Source: a virus
Length of the DNA stretch: 64,000 nucleotides
Virus record (IMG/VR): IMGVR_UViG_3300042898_001439
Coordinates: 14,726 to 78,725 of that record
Reading direction: 5' to 3' (one strand)
In this document: piece by piece, positions 1 through 8,250 of the stretch
Layout of the letters: each line of letters opens with the position of its first letter
Numbering within the stretch: position 1 is the first letter of the stretch
The notes under the pieces: model-generated
The model's input: the letters and a program-made list of their open reading frames with translations, nothing else
Databases searched by the model: none
What the model was told of the DNA's origin: nothing
Made by a program: the position numbers and the translations under genes

Positions 1-501
1 GTCAAAGCTGATGCTGTTGCATCTGATAGACTGAAGCTCACTGGTTCTGACTTTAACTATGAAGTCATTACACAAAAGATGCTACAAGTTGCGCTTAAAA
101 AGTATCCAGGTGTTACTCTGCGCGGTATTCCGGATAGAATTGTTATTGATAACAAGAATAAGGTTATCCGAATTATTGATATCAAGACAACCAGTAAGTC
201 TCTTAATGACTTCTATCCTGACACATATAACTTTTACAGCTATGGATTGCAAAGTGCTATCTATGTTGTTCTAGTAATGGGTGATTCGTCAATGCAAGAG
301 TACAAAGGTTACAAACTTGAGTTTGAATTCTTTGTAATAGATAAGTATGATGATTTTTGTTTCTTCCCAATTAGCAGTGCTCTTATGTCTCACAATCATG
401 ATGAGCTAGAGAACGCTATTCAAATTGCAACATATCACATTCAAAACGAAGACTACAATAGACCATACAAATTTAGAACTGGTATATTTGTATTGTCATG
501 A
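1..501 (+). CDS. PD-(D/E)XK (RecB/Cas4-like) nuclease, 5' end outside window
   Basis: Frame is open from base 1. Motifs RGIPDRIVID...IIDIKTT and YGLQSAIY (RecB-family QxxxY). Confidence 0.8.
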   Translation, partial: VKADAVASDRLKLTGSDFNYEVITQKMLQVALKKYPGVTLRGIPDRIVIDNKNKVIRIIDIKTTSKSLNDFYPDTYNFYSYGLQSAIYVVLVMGDSSMQEYKGYKLEFEFFVIDKYDDFCFFPISSALMSHNHDELENAIQIATYHIQNEDYNRPYKFRTGIFVLS

Positions 502-1055
502 TTGAGAAACTGAGGAAAGAGTACTTTCAGAAATCGAAGGTATTCTTGTACCCTCTCTTAAAAATTCCAAAAGGACACAAATATGTTCCAATAGGTACTT
601 ATGTTGCTTGGGTTGAAGAAATTGATTCTGCAGATAAAAAATTCTTGTGTGTATACACTCTTCAGGCAACTGATGAGTTTTATAAATTTGAGAACAAGTA
701 TCTTCTTGGTAATGAAATGTTTAGCAACTTTCATTTACTTGAGGACAATACGGGTTTGTTTGTATTTAATTACAACAGGTTTAACGAGGACTATATCAAG
801 TTTCTTGCTGGTAGATATTCAACTATGTCTGAAGACTTCAAGCGGGTTATTGTGCAGTTCTTTAAATCTAAGGATATAAAGAACATTGGGTTTCATCATG
901 TAAATAGCTATCTGTACCCGGACTTCTACTTTGGTAGATATGCACAACTACTAGGTGTAGATAAAGATGTTCTTGTTGATGTTGGTGAGCTCTGTCCACC
1001 AGTTGATATACAAAAGGAAACACTTAAAGTCAAAAAACTAATACTTAATATATGA
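498..1055 (+). CDS. Hypothetical protein (185 aa) coupled to the nuclease and DNA polymerase
   Basis: ATGA overlaps with both neighbours; no recognisable motif. Confidence 0.75.
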   Translation: MIEKLRKEYFQKSKVFLYPLLKIPKGHKYVPIGTYVAWVEEIDSADKKFLCVYTLQATDEFYKFENKYLLGNEMFSNFHLLEDNTGLFVFNYNRFNEDYIKFLAGRYSTMSEDFKRVIVQFFKSKDIKNIGFHHVNSYLYPDFYFGRYAQLLGVDKDVLVDVGELCPPVDIQKETLKVKKLILNI

Positions 1056-3049
1056 AAAAGAAGTTTTGGGTTTATGACATTGAAGTATTTGAAAACTTTT
1101 TTTGTATTGTTCTTGAGGGAGTTGAAGATGAAGATACGTTGACGTATATGATTCACCCTAGTTATCGTAATGAATACGATGACATGGTAAAATTCCTTAA
1201 ACAAGAAGGTAAAGCTGGTAGTATATTCTTCGGTTATAACAATCTATCTTACGATTCTCAAGTAATTGAGTTTTTAATTCAAAATGAAGCTGACTTCACA
1301 ACAAAGAAGCCAATAGAGATATGTCGTGAAGCTTGGATGTTTTCAAATGCTCTTATACACGGTCAGGATAATCCGGGATTTAGAACCCCGTATCCTGAGT
1401 TTAAGCAGACTTTGAAACAGATTGATGTATTTAAATTGAATCATTGGGACAATCCTGCAAAGAGTTCTTCTCTTAAATGGATTCAGTATACAATGGACTG
1501 GTACAACATCAAAGAGTCAAGCATATCCTTTAATGCTCTAATAGATACAGCAGATCAGATCAGGGAGACCTTGAAGTATTGTGTAAACGATGTCAAGTCA
1601 ACTAAAAAGATTGTTCTGTTGAGTAAAGATCTAATCAAGCTTCGCATGAACTTGAGTAGAACTTACAAAATAAATCTATTAAGTGCTTCAGAACCAAAGA
1701 TCAGTAAGGAATTGTTTGCATACTTCTTGGGTCAAAAGCTTAAGATGCATCCTAAAGATGTAAAAGCTCTTCCGACTCAGAAGAGAACCTTAATTAGAGT
1801 TAATGATATCATCTTATCCTATGTACAGTTTCAAACACCAATATTCAAAGCGGTGCTTGAGAAGTTCAAAACGGTAATTATTGATCCAGAAAACACTAAG
1901 AATGGTTTCAAGCATAGTGTTTTGAATAACGGCGTCAAAACTGACTACGGTCTTGGCGGTATTCATGGCTGTCGTGCAAGTGGTGTATATGAATCTACCA
2001 GTGATTTGATCATCATGACTTCTGACGTAACGTCTTTCTATCCTAATCTAGCTATTCGTAACAAATGGTCTCCTGGTCACTTAGATCAAGAAGCTTTTAG
2101 TGAACAATATGAATGGTTCTTTGAAGAAAGAAATAAAATACCTAAGAAAGATCCGCTAAACTATGTCTATAAGCTTATTTTAAACTCTACCTATGGTTTG
2201 AGTAATGATAAGCACAGTTTTCTGTATGATCCGGAACTTACAATGAAGATTACCATCAACGGTCAGCTTAGTTTAACTATGCTGTACGAGATGATATCCG
2301 TTGCAATTCCAGAATCTATACCTCTGATGCAAAACACAGATGGTCTTGAGACAATCATACCTAGAAATAAAGTAGATATATACCTGCAGATATGTGCAGA
2401 ATGGGAGAAGATTACTAATCTTCAGCTTGAGCACGATAAATATCAAAGATTAATCTTAGCGGATGTAAACAACTACATAGCAGTACACGATTGGAAGTTT
2501 ATAGATCATGATTCCTGGAAAAAGATGAAAGAATCTAATCCAGATTATGTCTATAAGGTTCTTCCTGAAGGGTTTGCATATGCAGCTACTAAGTGCAAGG
2601 GTAGATTTGAATTTTCTAATCTAGCTCTTCACAAGAACAAATCGCATCTTGTGATATCAAAAGCTGTTTACAATTACTTTGTGCACGATATACTTCCCGA
2701 AGATTACATAATGACTAACAAGAACATTTATGATTTCTGCGGTGGGGTAAAAGCAAACAGTGCGTACGCCGTACAAATTGTTTGTGTAGAAAATGGTAAG
2801 GAGACTCTGCAAAACATGCATAAGATCACTCGTTACTATTTATCCAATAAAGGTTGCAAAATGCATAAAATGCATAGAGAGACGGGTAAAATCATCAGTA
2901 TTGATGCCGGATCTTGGGTCGTTACTGTATTTAATCAGTACGAAGAAAAACCTTTTGAGGAATATGACATTAACTATAAATATTACTTACAGAGAATTAC
3001 GAGAGAAATAGAAAGTGCTCGTGGTTCTCAACTCTCACTTTTATTTTAA
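1052..3049 (+). CDS. polB: DNA polymerase family B with 3'-5' exonuclease (crAss-like PolB)
   Basis: ExoI YDIE, ExoII GYNNLSYD, ExoIII YCVNDV; polymerase motifs DVTSFYP, YKLILNSTYG, QNTDG. No intein-sized insertion. Confidence 0.95.
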   Translation: MKKKFWVYDIEVFENFFCIVLEGVEDEDTLTYMIHPSYRNEYDDMVKFLKQEGKAGSIFFGYNNLSYDSQVIEFLIQNEADFTTKKPIEICREAWMFSNALIHGQDNPGFRTPYPEFKQTLKQIDVFKLNHWDNPAKSSSLKWIQYTMDWYNIKESSISFNALIDTADQIRETLKYCVNDVKSTKKIVLLSKDLIKLRMNLSRTYKINLLSASEPKISKELFAYFLGQKLKMHPKDVKALPTQKRTLIRVNDIILSYVQFQTPIFKAVLEKFKTVIIDPENTKNGFKHSVLNNGVKTDYGLGGIHGCRASGVYESTSDLIIMTSDVTSFYPNLAIRNKWSPGHLDQEAFSEQYEWFFEERNKIPKKDPLNYVYKLILNSTYGLSNDKHSFLYDPELTMKITINGQLSLTMLYEMISVAIPESIPLMQNTDGLETIIPRNKVDIYLQICAEWEKITNLQLEHDKYQRLILADVNNYIAVHDWKFIDHDSWKKMKESNPDYVYKVLPEGFAYAATKCKGRFEFSNLALHKNKSHLVISKAVYNYFVHDILPEDYIMTNKNIYDFCGGVKANSAYAVQIVCVENGKETLQNMHKITRYYLSNKGCKMHKMHRETGKIISIDAGSWVVTVFNQYEEKPFEEYDINYKYYLQRITREIESARGSQLSLLF

Positions 3050-3050
3050 A

Positions 3051-3998
3051 ATGAAAAAAATCCCTAGTGTTACGGAGCAAGAACTTGCTACCGTTACAAT
3101 CCCCAATCACGGCAAGCGGTATGCACCAATTACTTACACTCAAATTATCAGTGAAGTAAAACGTCAGGCTGCTGCTCACGGAATTGACATTGTTAATTCT
3201 GTTTACAGAACTACTCTAGGTGGTAACATTGCCACCGGTCAGTATTTTTTGAACTATGGTAACGATCCAGACATCAAGTTGATGTTTGCTTGGACTAACA
3301 GCTACAATAAAATGCGCAGATTCTCTTGTGGAATGGGCACTTATGTTAGTGTTTGTCTAAACGGTATGCTAACTGCGGATTACAGTAAGTATTCTCGCAA
3401 GCATATTGGTAGTACCAAAAAGGGTAACACAGCTTATGTAGAGATGGTAGATCAGATTGAAGAACAATTCAAGCTGGCTTCTAATGTCTTTGCTAAGATG
3501 GTCCAAGATAAGAACAGTATGATCGATCGTAGTCTTAGCAATGCTGAGATTAATGAATTACTCGGTCGTCTTTTCATGGATGATGTTGTTGGTAGTGTAC
3601 AAATGAATATTGTAAAACAGCAGCTTAAAGCTCCTAGTTATATGTATTCAGGTGAGAAAAACTCATTGTGGCACTTCTATAACCACGTTACCCATGCTCT
3701 TAAAGAGGAGCACCCAATTAGTTTTGATGAAGCTCATTATAAGCTTCATGAAATGATTACTAATAATTATCTAACTTCTACAGTTGCTGCACCTATGAAC
3801 ATTAAAGCAGTAGTTTTATCGGAGGATGATGATGATCAGTTGATGGAAGAGTTTCAACCACTAGATCAAGAAGTAGATGCTATTCTTGAACAAGAGGAAA
3901 CTAGCACTGAATTAGTTTTTGTTGAAGATTTAACGGAAAACGTTAAAGAAGAAAATAAAACTGAGGAGGATAATGATTTAGACTGGTTAAATTTCTAA
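3051..3998 (+). CDS. DUF932/DUF945-like protein with acidic C-terminal tail
   Basis: ATG at 3051 just after the polB stop is preferred over GTG 3015. Motifs NSYN, VCLNG, RKH, SLWHFYN..TH. Confidence 0.7.
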   Translation: MKKIPSVTEQELATVTIPNHGKRYAPITYTQIISEVKRQAAAHGIDIVNSVYRTTLGGNIATGQYFLNYGNDPDIKLMFAWTNSYNKMRRFSCGMGTYVSVCLNGMLTADYSKYSRKHIGSTKKGNTAYVEMVDQIEEQFKLASNVFAKMVQDKNSMIDRSLSNAEINELLGRLFMDDVVGSVQMNIVKQQLKAPSYMYSGEKNSLWHFYNHVTHALKEEHPISFDEAHYKLHEMITNNYLTSTVAAPMNIKAVVLSEDDDDQLMEEFQPLDQEVDAILEQEETSTELVFVEDLTENVKEENKTEEDNDLDWLNF

Positions 3999-4000
3999 CT

Positions 4001-4053
4001 TTGGGTTGCTTGTGTGACCGTCCCTGGTATCTGGGGACGGTTACCCAACTCAA
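4001..4053 (+). other. Long intergenic hairpin without U-tract
   Basis: GTGACCGTCCC (4014-4024) pairs with GGGACGGTTAC (4034-4044); outer TTGGGTTG pairs with CAACTCAA. Confidence 0.6.
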
Positions 4054-4064
4054 AACTTTAAATC

Positions 4065-4400
4065 ATGAACAGAAAAGACTTTTTTAATTACGTTGACTTC
4101 GTTAAAGAACGAACCTCTAATGTGCTACAAGCAAAAGGTGATGAGTATTCTTACAACTTAGGAGCCTTTGAAAACTTTGAAGAAGGTGTTTCTATTGGTT
4201 TAGCTAATACCAGAGAGGCTATTGCTTGGGGTTACGTTACCAAACACATTCAATCGGTACGTGCTCTTATTAGAGAGGTTGATAGCGGCAAAGAAGATCA
4301 TCTTACAGACAAACTGATTGATGAAAAGTTTGGTGATGTCATCAACTACATGATTCTTATTGAAGCAATGTTGAAAGAAAGAATTCAAATAAATAATTAA
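4065..4400 (+). CDS. All-alpha NTP pyrophosphohydrolase-like protein (DUF1599/MazG-like)
   Basis: K.DEY...FENF near the N-terminus, KH, and C-terminal DEKFGDVINYMIL. Confidence 0.6.
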   Translation: MNRKDFFNYVDFVKERTSNVLQAKGDEYSYNLGAFENFEEGVSIGLANTREAIAWGYVTKHIQSVRALIREVDSGKEDHLTDKLIDEKFGDVINYMILIEAMLKERIQINN

Positions 4401-4402
4401 TT

Positions 4403-4570
4403 ATGGAAATTGCATTAGCCGTTGTTGGCTTTATTACCGCTGTCGTATATTTGGGTATCTTACTCAACGTAAAGAAAGACATCAAAACTTTGAAAGAAGA
4501 ATTTGAAGATTTAAAACAAAAGCAAAAGCGTCAGTTTTATTACAATAAGAATAAGAAAAGTAACATCTAA
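4403..4570 (+). CDS. Small single-pass membrane protein (55 aa, not in ORF track)
   Basis: MEIALAVVGFITAVVYLGILLNVKKDIKTLKEEFEDLKQKQ...: TM helix then short coiled coil; starts 2 nt after the previous stop. Confidence 0.65.
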   Translation: MEIALAVVGFITAVVYLGILLNVKKDIKTLKEEFEDLKQKQKRQFYYNKNKKSNI

Positions 4571-4571
4571 A

Positions 4572-4670
4572 GGTAGACCTTAAAAAGGGCCCTTCCGTAT
4601 CTGCGTGAACGGCTTAGCTGGGCCCGGGTCTACCCCCTTAATTGCATGCCGTGCATACTCCGTATGGAGG
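4572..4670. ncRNA. Candidate structured RNA element, family unknown
   Basis: GC-rich island with nested stems GGTAGACC/GGTCTACC, GGGCCC/GGGCCC, CCGT/ACGG, then two small hairpins. Confidence 0.35.
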
Positions 4671-4711
4671 AAAAAAGAAGAGAGGGTTAATAGCCCTCTC
4701 TTTTTATTTTT
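4671..4711. terminator. Bidirectional intrinsic terminator between convergent gene blocks
   Basis: A-tract, GAGAGGGT...GCCCTCTC stem, T-tract, located at the strand switch. Confidence 0.85.
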
Positions 4712-5395
4712 CTAATCTCTAAATGTTTGATATACTTCTAGAATAGATTCTACAATTGGGTGACGGTGATTCTTCTTAAGTACAACTACTCGCACACCTT
4801 TCACTTGTTCTTCTAACTTAGAAAGAAAAGAAAATCCAGTTTCTTTTTTATTCTTAAGATCTACCTGAGCAAGGTCTCCACATATAGACATCCAGCTACC
4901 TTTACCAAGTCTACCCAATACCATTTCCATTTGTGTATGAGTAACGTTCTGTGCTTCGTCTACAATAACAAAAGCATTAACAAAAGTTCTACCACGCATA
5001 AATGCAAACGGTAAGATTTCAATTGTACCTTCTTCTACTTCTTTATCAATCTTTTCTTTTGAATAGAGGAGGTAGAGATTGTGGTAGATTGGTGCAAGCC
5101 AGGGGTCCATTTTTTCTTTGATGTCTCCTGGGAGAAAGCCAATGTCTTCTTTAGCCACCGTTGGTCTTGTGATGATAATCTTTTCGACTTGTTTAGTGAA
5201 TAGAAGGTCCAACGCAGTTTGAACAGCAACCAAAGTTTTACCACTTCCGGCCATACCCTTAAGTACAGTAACCGGATTTGCAAGTATAATCTCTTTAGCA
5301 AGCTTTTGTTCTTCATTCAGTGAGATATTAAACTTAATAGGATTTTTAGGGCGTCTCTTTACTTGAAACACCTCATCGTTATGATCTCTTTGCAT
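4712..5395 (-). CDS. phoH: PhoH-family ATPase
   Basis: GMAGSGKT, TRP, IGFLPG, FMRGRTF, DEAQN, GDLAQVD, HRHPIV. Confidence 0.95.
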   Translation of the reverse strand: MQRDHNDEVFQVKRRPKNPIKFNISLNEEQKLAKEIILANPVTVLKGMAGSGKTLVAVQTALDLLFTKQVEKIIITRPTVAKEDIGFLPGDIKEKMDPWLAPIYHNLYLLYSKEKIDKEVEEGTIEILPFAFMRGRTFVNAFVIVDEAQNVTHTQMEMVLGRLGKGSWMSICGDLAQVDLKNKKETGFSFLSKLEEQVKGVRVVVLKKNHRHPIVESILEVYQTFRD

Positions 5396-5397
5396 TA

Positions 5398-5511
5398 TTA
5401 TTGGTTCTTAAGTCTGTTTAAGACTTCTAAGTTAGATTGAATTCTTCTATTTCTTTCTAGAACCGTCTTTCTATTTGTAGATTTCGGTATTCTTTTAGTT
5501 GACTTTGCCAT
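5398..5511 (-). CDS. Small basic peptide (37 aa, not in ORF track)
   Basis: MAKSTKRIPKSTNRKTVLERNRRIQSNLEVLNRLKNQ; TAATG coupling to the upstream ORF, ends 2 nt before phoH. Confidence 0.55.
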   Translation of the reverse strand: MAKSTKRIPKSTNRKTVLERNRRIQSNLEVLNRLKNQ

Positions 5512-5654
5512 TATCTACCTTGACCTTTATAAGATTTCTTATAATTTTTAGAACTCTTTAATACTGAAGTTTGAGTCTTAGAGTGAATACCAGGTCGGCT
5601 TTTGGGAGCTTTTGGTTTAAAACTAGCAGCCGATTGAGCTTTAATCTTTGCCAT
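5511..5654 (-). CDS. Small basic peptide (47 aa) ending KKSYKGQGR (not in ORF track)
   Basis: MAKIKAQSAASFKPKAPKSRPGIHSKTQTSVLKSSKNYKKSYKGQGR; preceded by AAACCAACTT; no acidic residues. Confidence 0.65.
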   Translation of the reverse strand: MAKIKAQSAASFKPKAPKSRPGIHSKTQTSVLKSSKNYKKSYKGQGR

Positions 5655-5680
5655 AAGTTGGTTTAATTAAAAGGTTAATG

Positions 5681-5720
5681 AAAAGAGAGGAACTCCAACG
5701 TAGCACGTAGGAGTCCCCTC
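5681..5720 (-). terminator. Hairpin/terminator downstream of endolysin
   Basis: Minus strand GAGGGGACTCCTACGT-GCT-ACGTTGGAGTTCCTC followed by TCTTTT. Confidence 0.6.
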
Positions 5721-5730
5721 AAAATATACT

Positions 5731-6345
5731 TTACTTTACCCATCCGTAGTACTTCAGGGTTTTTTCTTTACGATCTTCTAGACCATGAGTACCTCCATTG
5801 ATTCTCTTTGTAAGAGCAAGAATAGTGTCGTTATTTACACCTTTATCACAGATATCCCACAACTTATTACGATCAAAGAAGAAGATAGCAGATTCAAATG
5901 CATACTCAGTAGCAACCAGATCAGGATTAGTCATGATTTCTGGCTTCTTCAAGTATTCAGCAAATGCTTGGTAGTTAGATTTACCAGTCAATTGCAGAGC
6001 ACCACGTCCACGAAACTTATATCCATCACCAGATGCTTCATCACCATTACCCATACGAGATGCATACACACGGTTTGCAATCTTTTCTGGCTTACGCTCA
6101 TACTGAGCAGCTAGAGCTTCTGTAGGGAAGTACTTTTTAAAAATACCAAGCAATCCTTTAGCACTATAGTTCAAGTTCTCAGAGAAAGCTTTAAACCCTC
6201 CGGTCTCGTGAGCTGTTTGTGCAAAGAAATGTGCAGCACGTTCAGGTGTAAACTTGTAGTAAGTCATTCCTGCTTTTAGAGTGCCCGGACCAAATGCTCC
6301 ATCCGCCGTAACACCCGCTTTGGTTTGTAAACTCTTTAGACTCAT
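5731..6345 (-). CDS. Endolysin, glycoside hydrolase family 19, with short N-terminal PG-binding remnant
   Basis: AHFFAQTAHETGGF, ENLNYS, FRGRGALQLTGKSNY, TKRINGG; N-terminal ADGAFGPGT. Confidence 0.93.
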   Translation of the reverse strand: MSLKSLQTKAGVTADGAFGPGTLKAGMTYYKFTPERAAHFFAQTAHETGGFKAFSENLNYSAKGLLGIFKKYFPTEALAAQYERKPEKIANRVYASRMGNGDEASGDGYKFRGRGALQLTGKSNYQAFAEYLKKPEIMTNPDLVATEYAFESAIFFFDRNKLWDICDKGVNNDTILALTKRINGGTHGLEDRKEKTLKYYGWVK

Positions 6346-6605
6346 TCTTCTTCTTTTTTAGCACCGAAAATCTTTCCAGCTTCAGCAATACCGAAAGCTC
6401 CCAGTGTGATTATTACAAACGAATTAAAAATTGTATCAGAAATAATGAGCTCATTGCCCATAATACCTGTTACCACATCGGCAATAGCTGTAATACTCAT
6501 TACAGTGAATGACAAGAAACCAACAATAGTCTTCTCGTTCCACTCATTATTGTCCTTAAAAATATCCCAAAAAGCCATAAACTTATTTTTTAATTGATTA
6601 AACAT
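6342..6605 (-). CDS. Putative holin (two TM helices)
   Basis: Two hydrophobic helices, charged C-terminus, ATGA overlap with the endolysin; second in-frame ATG at 6578. Confidence 0.65.
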   Translation of the reverse strand: MFNQLKNKFMAFWDIFKDNNEWNEKTIVGFLSFTVMSITAIADVVTGIMGNELIISDTIFNSFVIITLGAFGIAEAGKIFGAKKEEE

Positions 6606-6629
6606 GACTGTTGGTTTTCATTGTTGGTT

Positions 6630-6648
6630 CTATATAAAATATACGAAA
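6630..6648 (-). promoter_or_regulatory. Putative phage late promoter motif
   Basis: TTTCGTATATTTTATATAG upstream of holin; one of 8 similar intergenic sites. Confidence 0.55.
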
Positions 6649-6649
6649 T

Positions 6650-7072
6650 TTAGTCCAGAGCATCAACTATTGCCTTCTTAACAGCAACAGAAAATTCTGT
6701 TCTTTCAAACTCAAGATTCTCATCCTGAAGCTGCATAAGGGTTGCAGCAACATTTGTATTAGCTTTTCCTACTCCGTGATAAACCTTAGAGCCGATTGCA
6801 ATGTCTACTTCTACAATGGTTTTCTTTTGCTTGAATTCAAACGGACCTAGACGTATACCTTGAGTTGGAGCTTTGATGTCGGTGATTGTCACATATACCG
6901 GACTTGCACCCTCTGAAGACTGATCACACAAGGGATTTCCTTGTTGTAGAAGAATGTCTTCAGTCATTTGCTTGAGACCAAAAGTGAACTTCTGGTTATC
7001 GATACCAGCTAGATTTGCATTAGATGTCACAGTAGCAACATAAAAGCACATTGTAATAATTGAATTGATCAT
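6650..7072 (-). CDS. Small CsgG-like alpha/beta protein (140 aa)
   Basis: Pattern matches the 10505-11251 protein: FTFGLKQMTEDIL vs VGMGVSNRIIENF, HGVG vs SGQG, FERTEFSVAVKKA vs FDQSTVGVSTQRA. Confidence 0.5.
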   Translation of the reverse strand: MINSIITMCFYVATVTSNANLAGIDNQKFTFGLKQMTEDILLQQGNPLCDQSSEGASPVYVTITDIKAPTQGIRLGPFEFKQKKTIVEVDIAIGSKVYHGVGKANTNVAATLMQLQDENLEFERTEFSVAVKKAIVDALD

Positions 7073-8250
7073 TGGAGTTTACCTGAGTTAATTGATTGAG
7101 TTGCATTATGTATTCCTGTACCCATTATGTAGAATTGATTTTGATTTTCAATCGTACGTGTTTGGGCGGGAGAATATGTATTATAATAATTAGCGTTAGG
7201 ATTAGCTTCAATAGTAATTTTTTCTGCCTGAGTGAAGATGTACTTGTTATGTAGTGCATTTGTTTTTAAAAGCGTATAACAAAAGTTTATATCCTCCCAA
7301 TCAAAAGTTGAGGAGTTATTACAGTCACAAGTGTAAAAGTCCCAGTCCTGTAACGGACCTAAATTACCTTTTATAAACATCATGTAAATAAGACTGAAGT
7401 CAGTAATAGGGTGAAACTTCTGAGAGGTGTTGATTGTAACCTTGTACTGCTTATTGGTAGGATTAGAAACTACTACCTGACCAGTTGCGTTTGTGTTCTG
7501 AGTTGATATTGTAGACCAGCTTCCTTGATTTGAAGAGGATGTAAATCTAAAAGCAGTACCGGCTGCATAACTTGTAGTCGTGATATAATTCACACCCAGC
7601 CATGCAGCACCGCTTGAAATGCCCATCTGCTCTTGATTAGAACCATCAGCAGTAAATGCGCGCATCACTACGTAAAAGACTGTAGGTTGAGTTTTTACAA
7701 AGTATAGATCCCATATCACATTTACTCCTGATTGACTGTACTGGCAGTTCCCCTCATACCTAACCCTGAACACGTCCCCCCAAGTTCCATCAGTATAGGT
7801 TTCAGTTGAAACCTTAGACATATTGTTGTCTGAGGATCCGTTATCAACCGAGGTTATGTGAATAGTAGGAACGTTTGGGTTGGTTGCATTACCCTGGTAG
7901 CCTGAACTGCTTGTAGTTCCAAATCCAAACCAAGAGTTAGAATTAACGTGACCTTGTGTATACGTTGTTGTACCTATAGTAGGAGTGAAGCCGGATGGAA
8001 ATGTTATAGCAGCAGAAGCTTCATCCGCATTAGCACTACTAAAAATTATAGTACTCCCGGCTCCCCTATTAGCTGGTATATAAGCTGTCTGAGATTGAAC
8101 GGTGCCACTTAAACCTCCTGCAGTGTAATGCTCAACCGTAATAGGTATACCACTAACGTCCTGAGTTCCAATTGGAGTCAGGGTGATTGTCTGCCCTATC
8201 AGAGATAGAGGTAGAATTAACAGGAGTATTATGTTTAATTTAGAAATCAT
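7069..8250 (-). CDS. Secreted protein with beta-rich insert and dockerin/EF-hand-like C-terminal module
   Basis: Signal peptide ending LIGQ; WSTISTQNTNATGQ and YTCDCNNSSTFDWED resemble segments of the 11634-13562 protein. Confidence 0.6.
   Translation of the reverse strand: MISKLNIILLLILPLSLIGQTITLTPIGTQDVSGIPITVEHYTAGGLSGTVQSQTAYIPANRGAGSTIIFSSANADEASAAITFPSGFTPTIGTTTYTQGHVNSNSWFGFGTTSSSGYQGNATNPNVPTIHITSVDNGSSDNNMSKVSTETYTDGTWGDVFRVRYEGNCQYSQSGVNVIWDLYFVKTQPTVFYVVMRAFTADGSNQEQMGISSGAAWLGVNYITTTSYAAGTAFRFTSSSNQGSWSTISTQNTNATGQVVVSNPTNKQYKVTINTSQKFHPITDFSLIYMMFIKGNLGPLQDWDFYTCDCNNSSTFDWEDINFCYTLLKTNALHNKYIFTQAEKITIEANPNANYYNTYSPAQTRTIENQNQFYIMGTGIHNATQSINSGKLQ

Noticed and set aside
4572-4670. 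tRNA, HDV-like/theta or hammerhead ribozyme
   Set aside because: No cloverleaf or TTC-RA loop; minus-strand GCTAAG resembles HDV J4/2 but the P3/L3 and P1.1 elements are missing; no CTGATGA/GAAA core.
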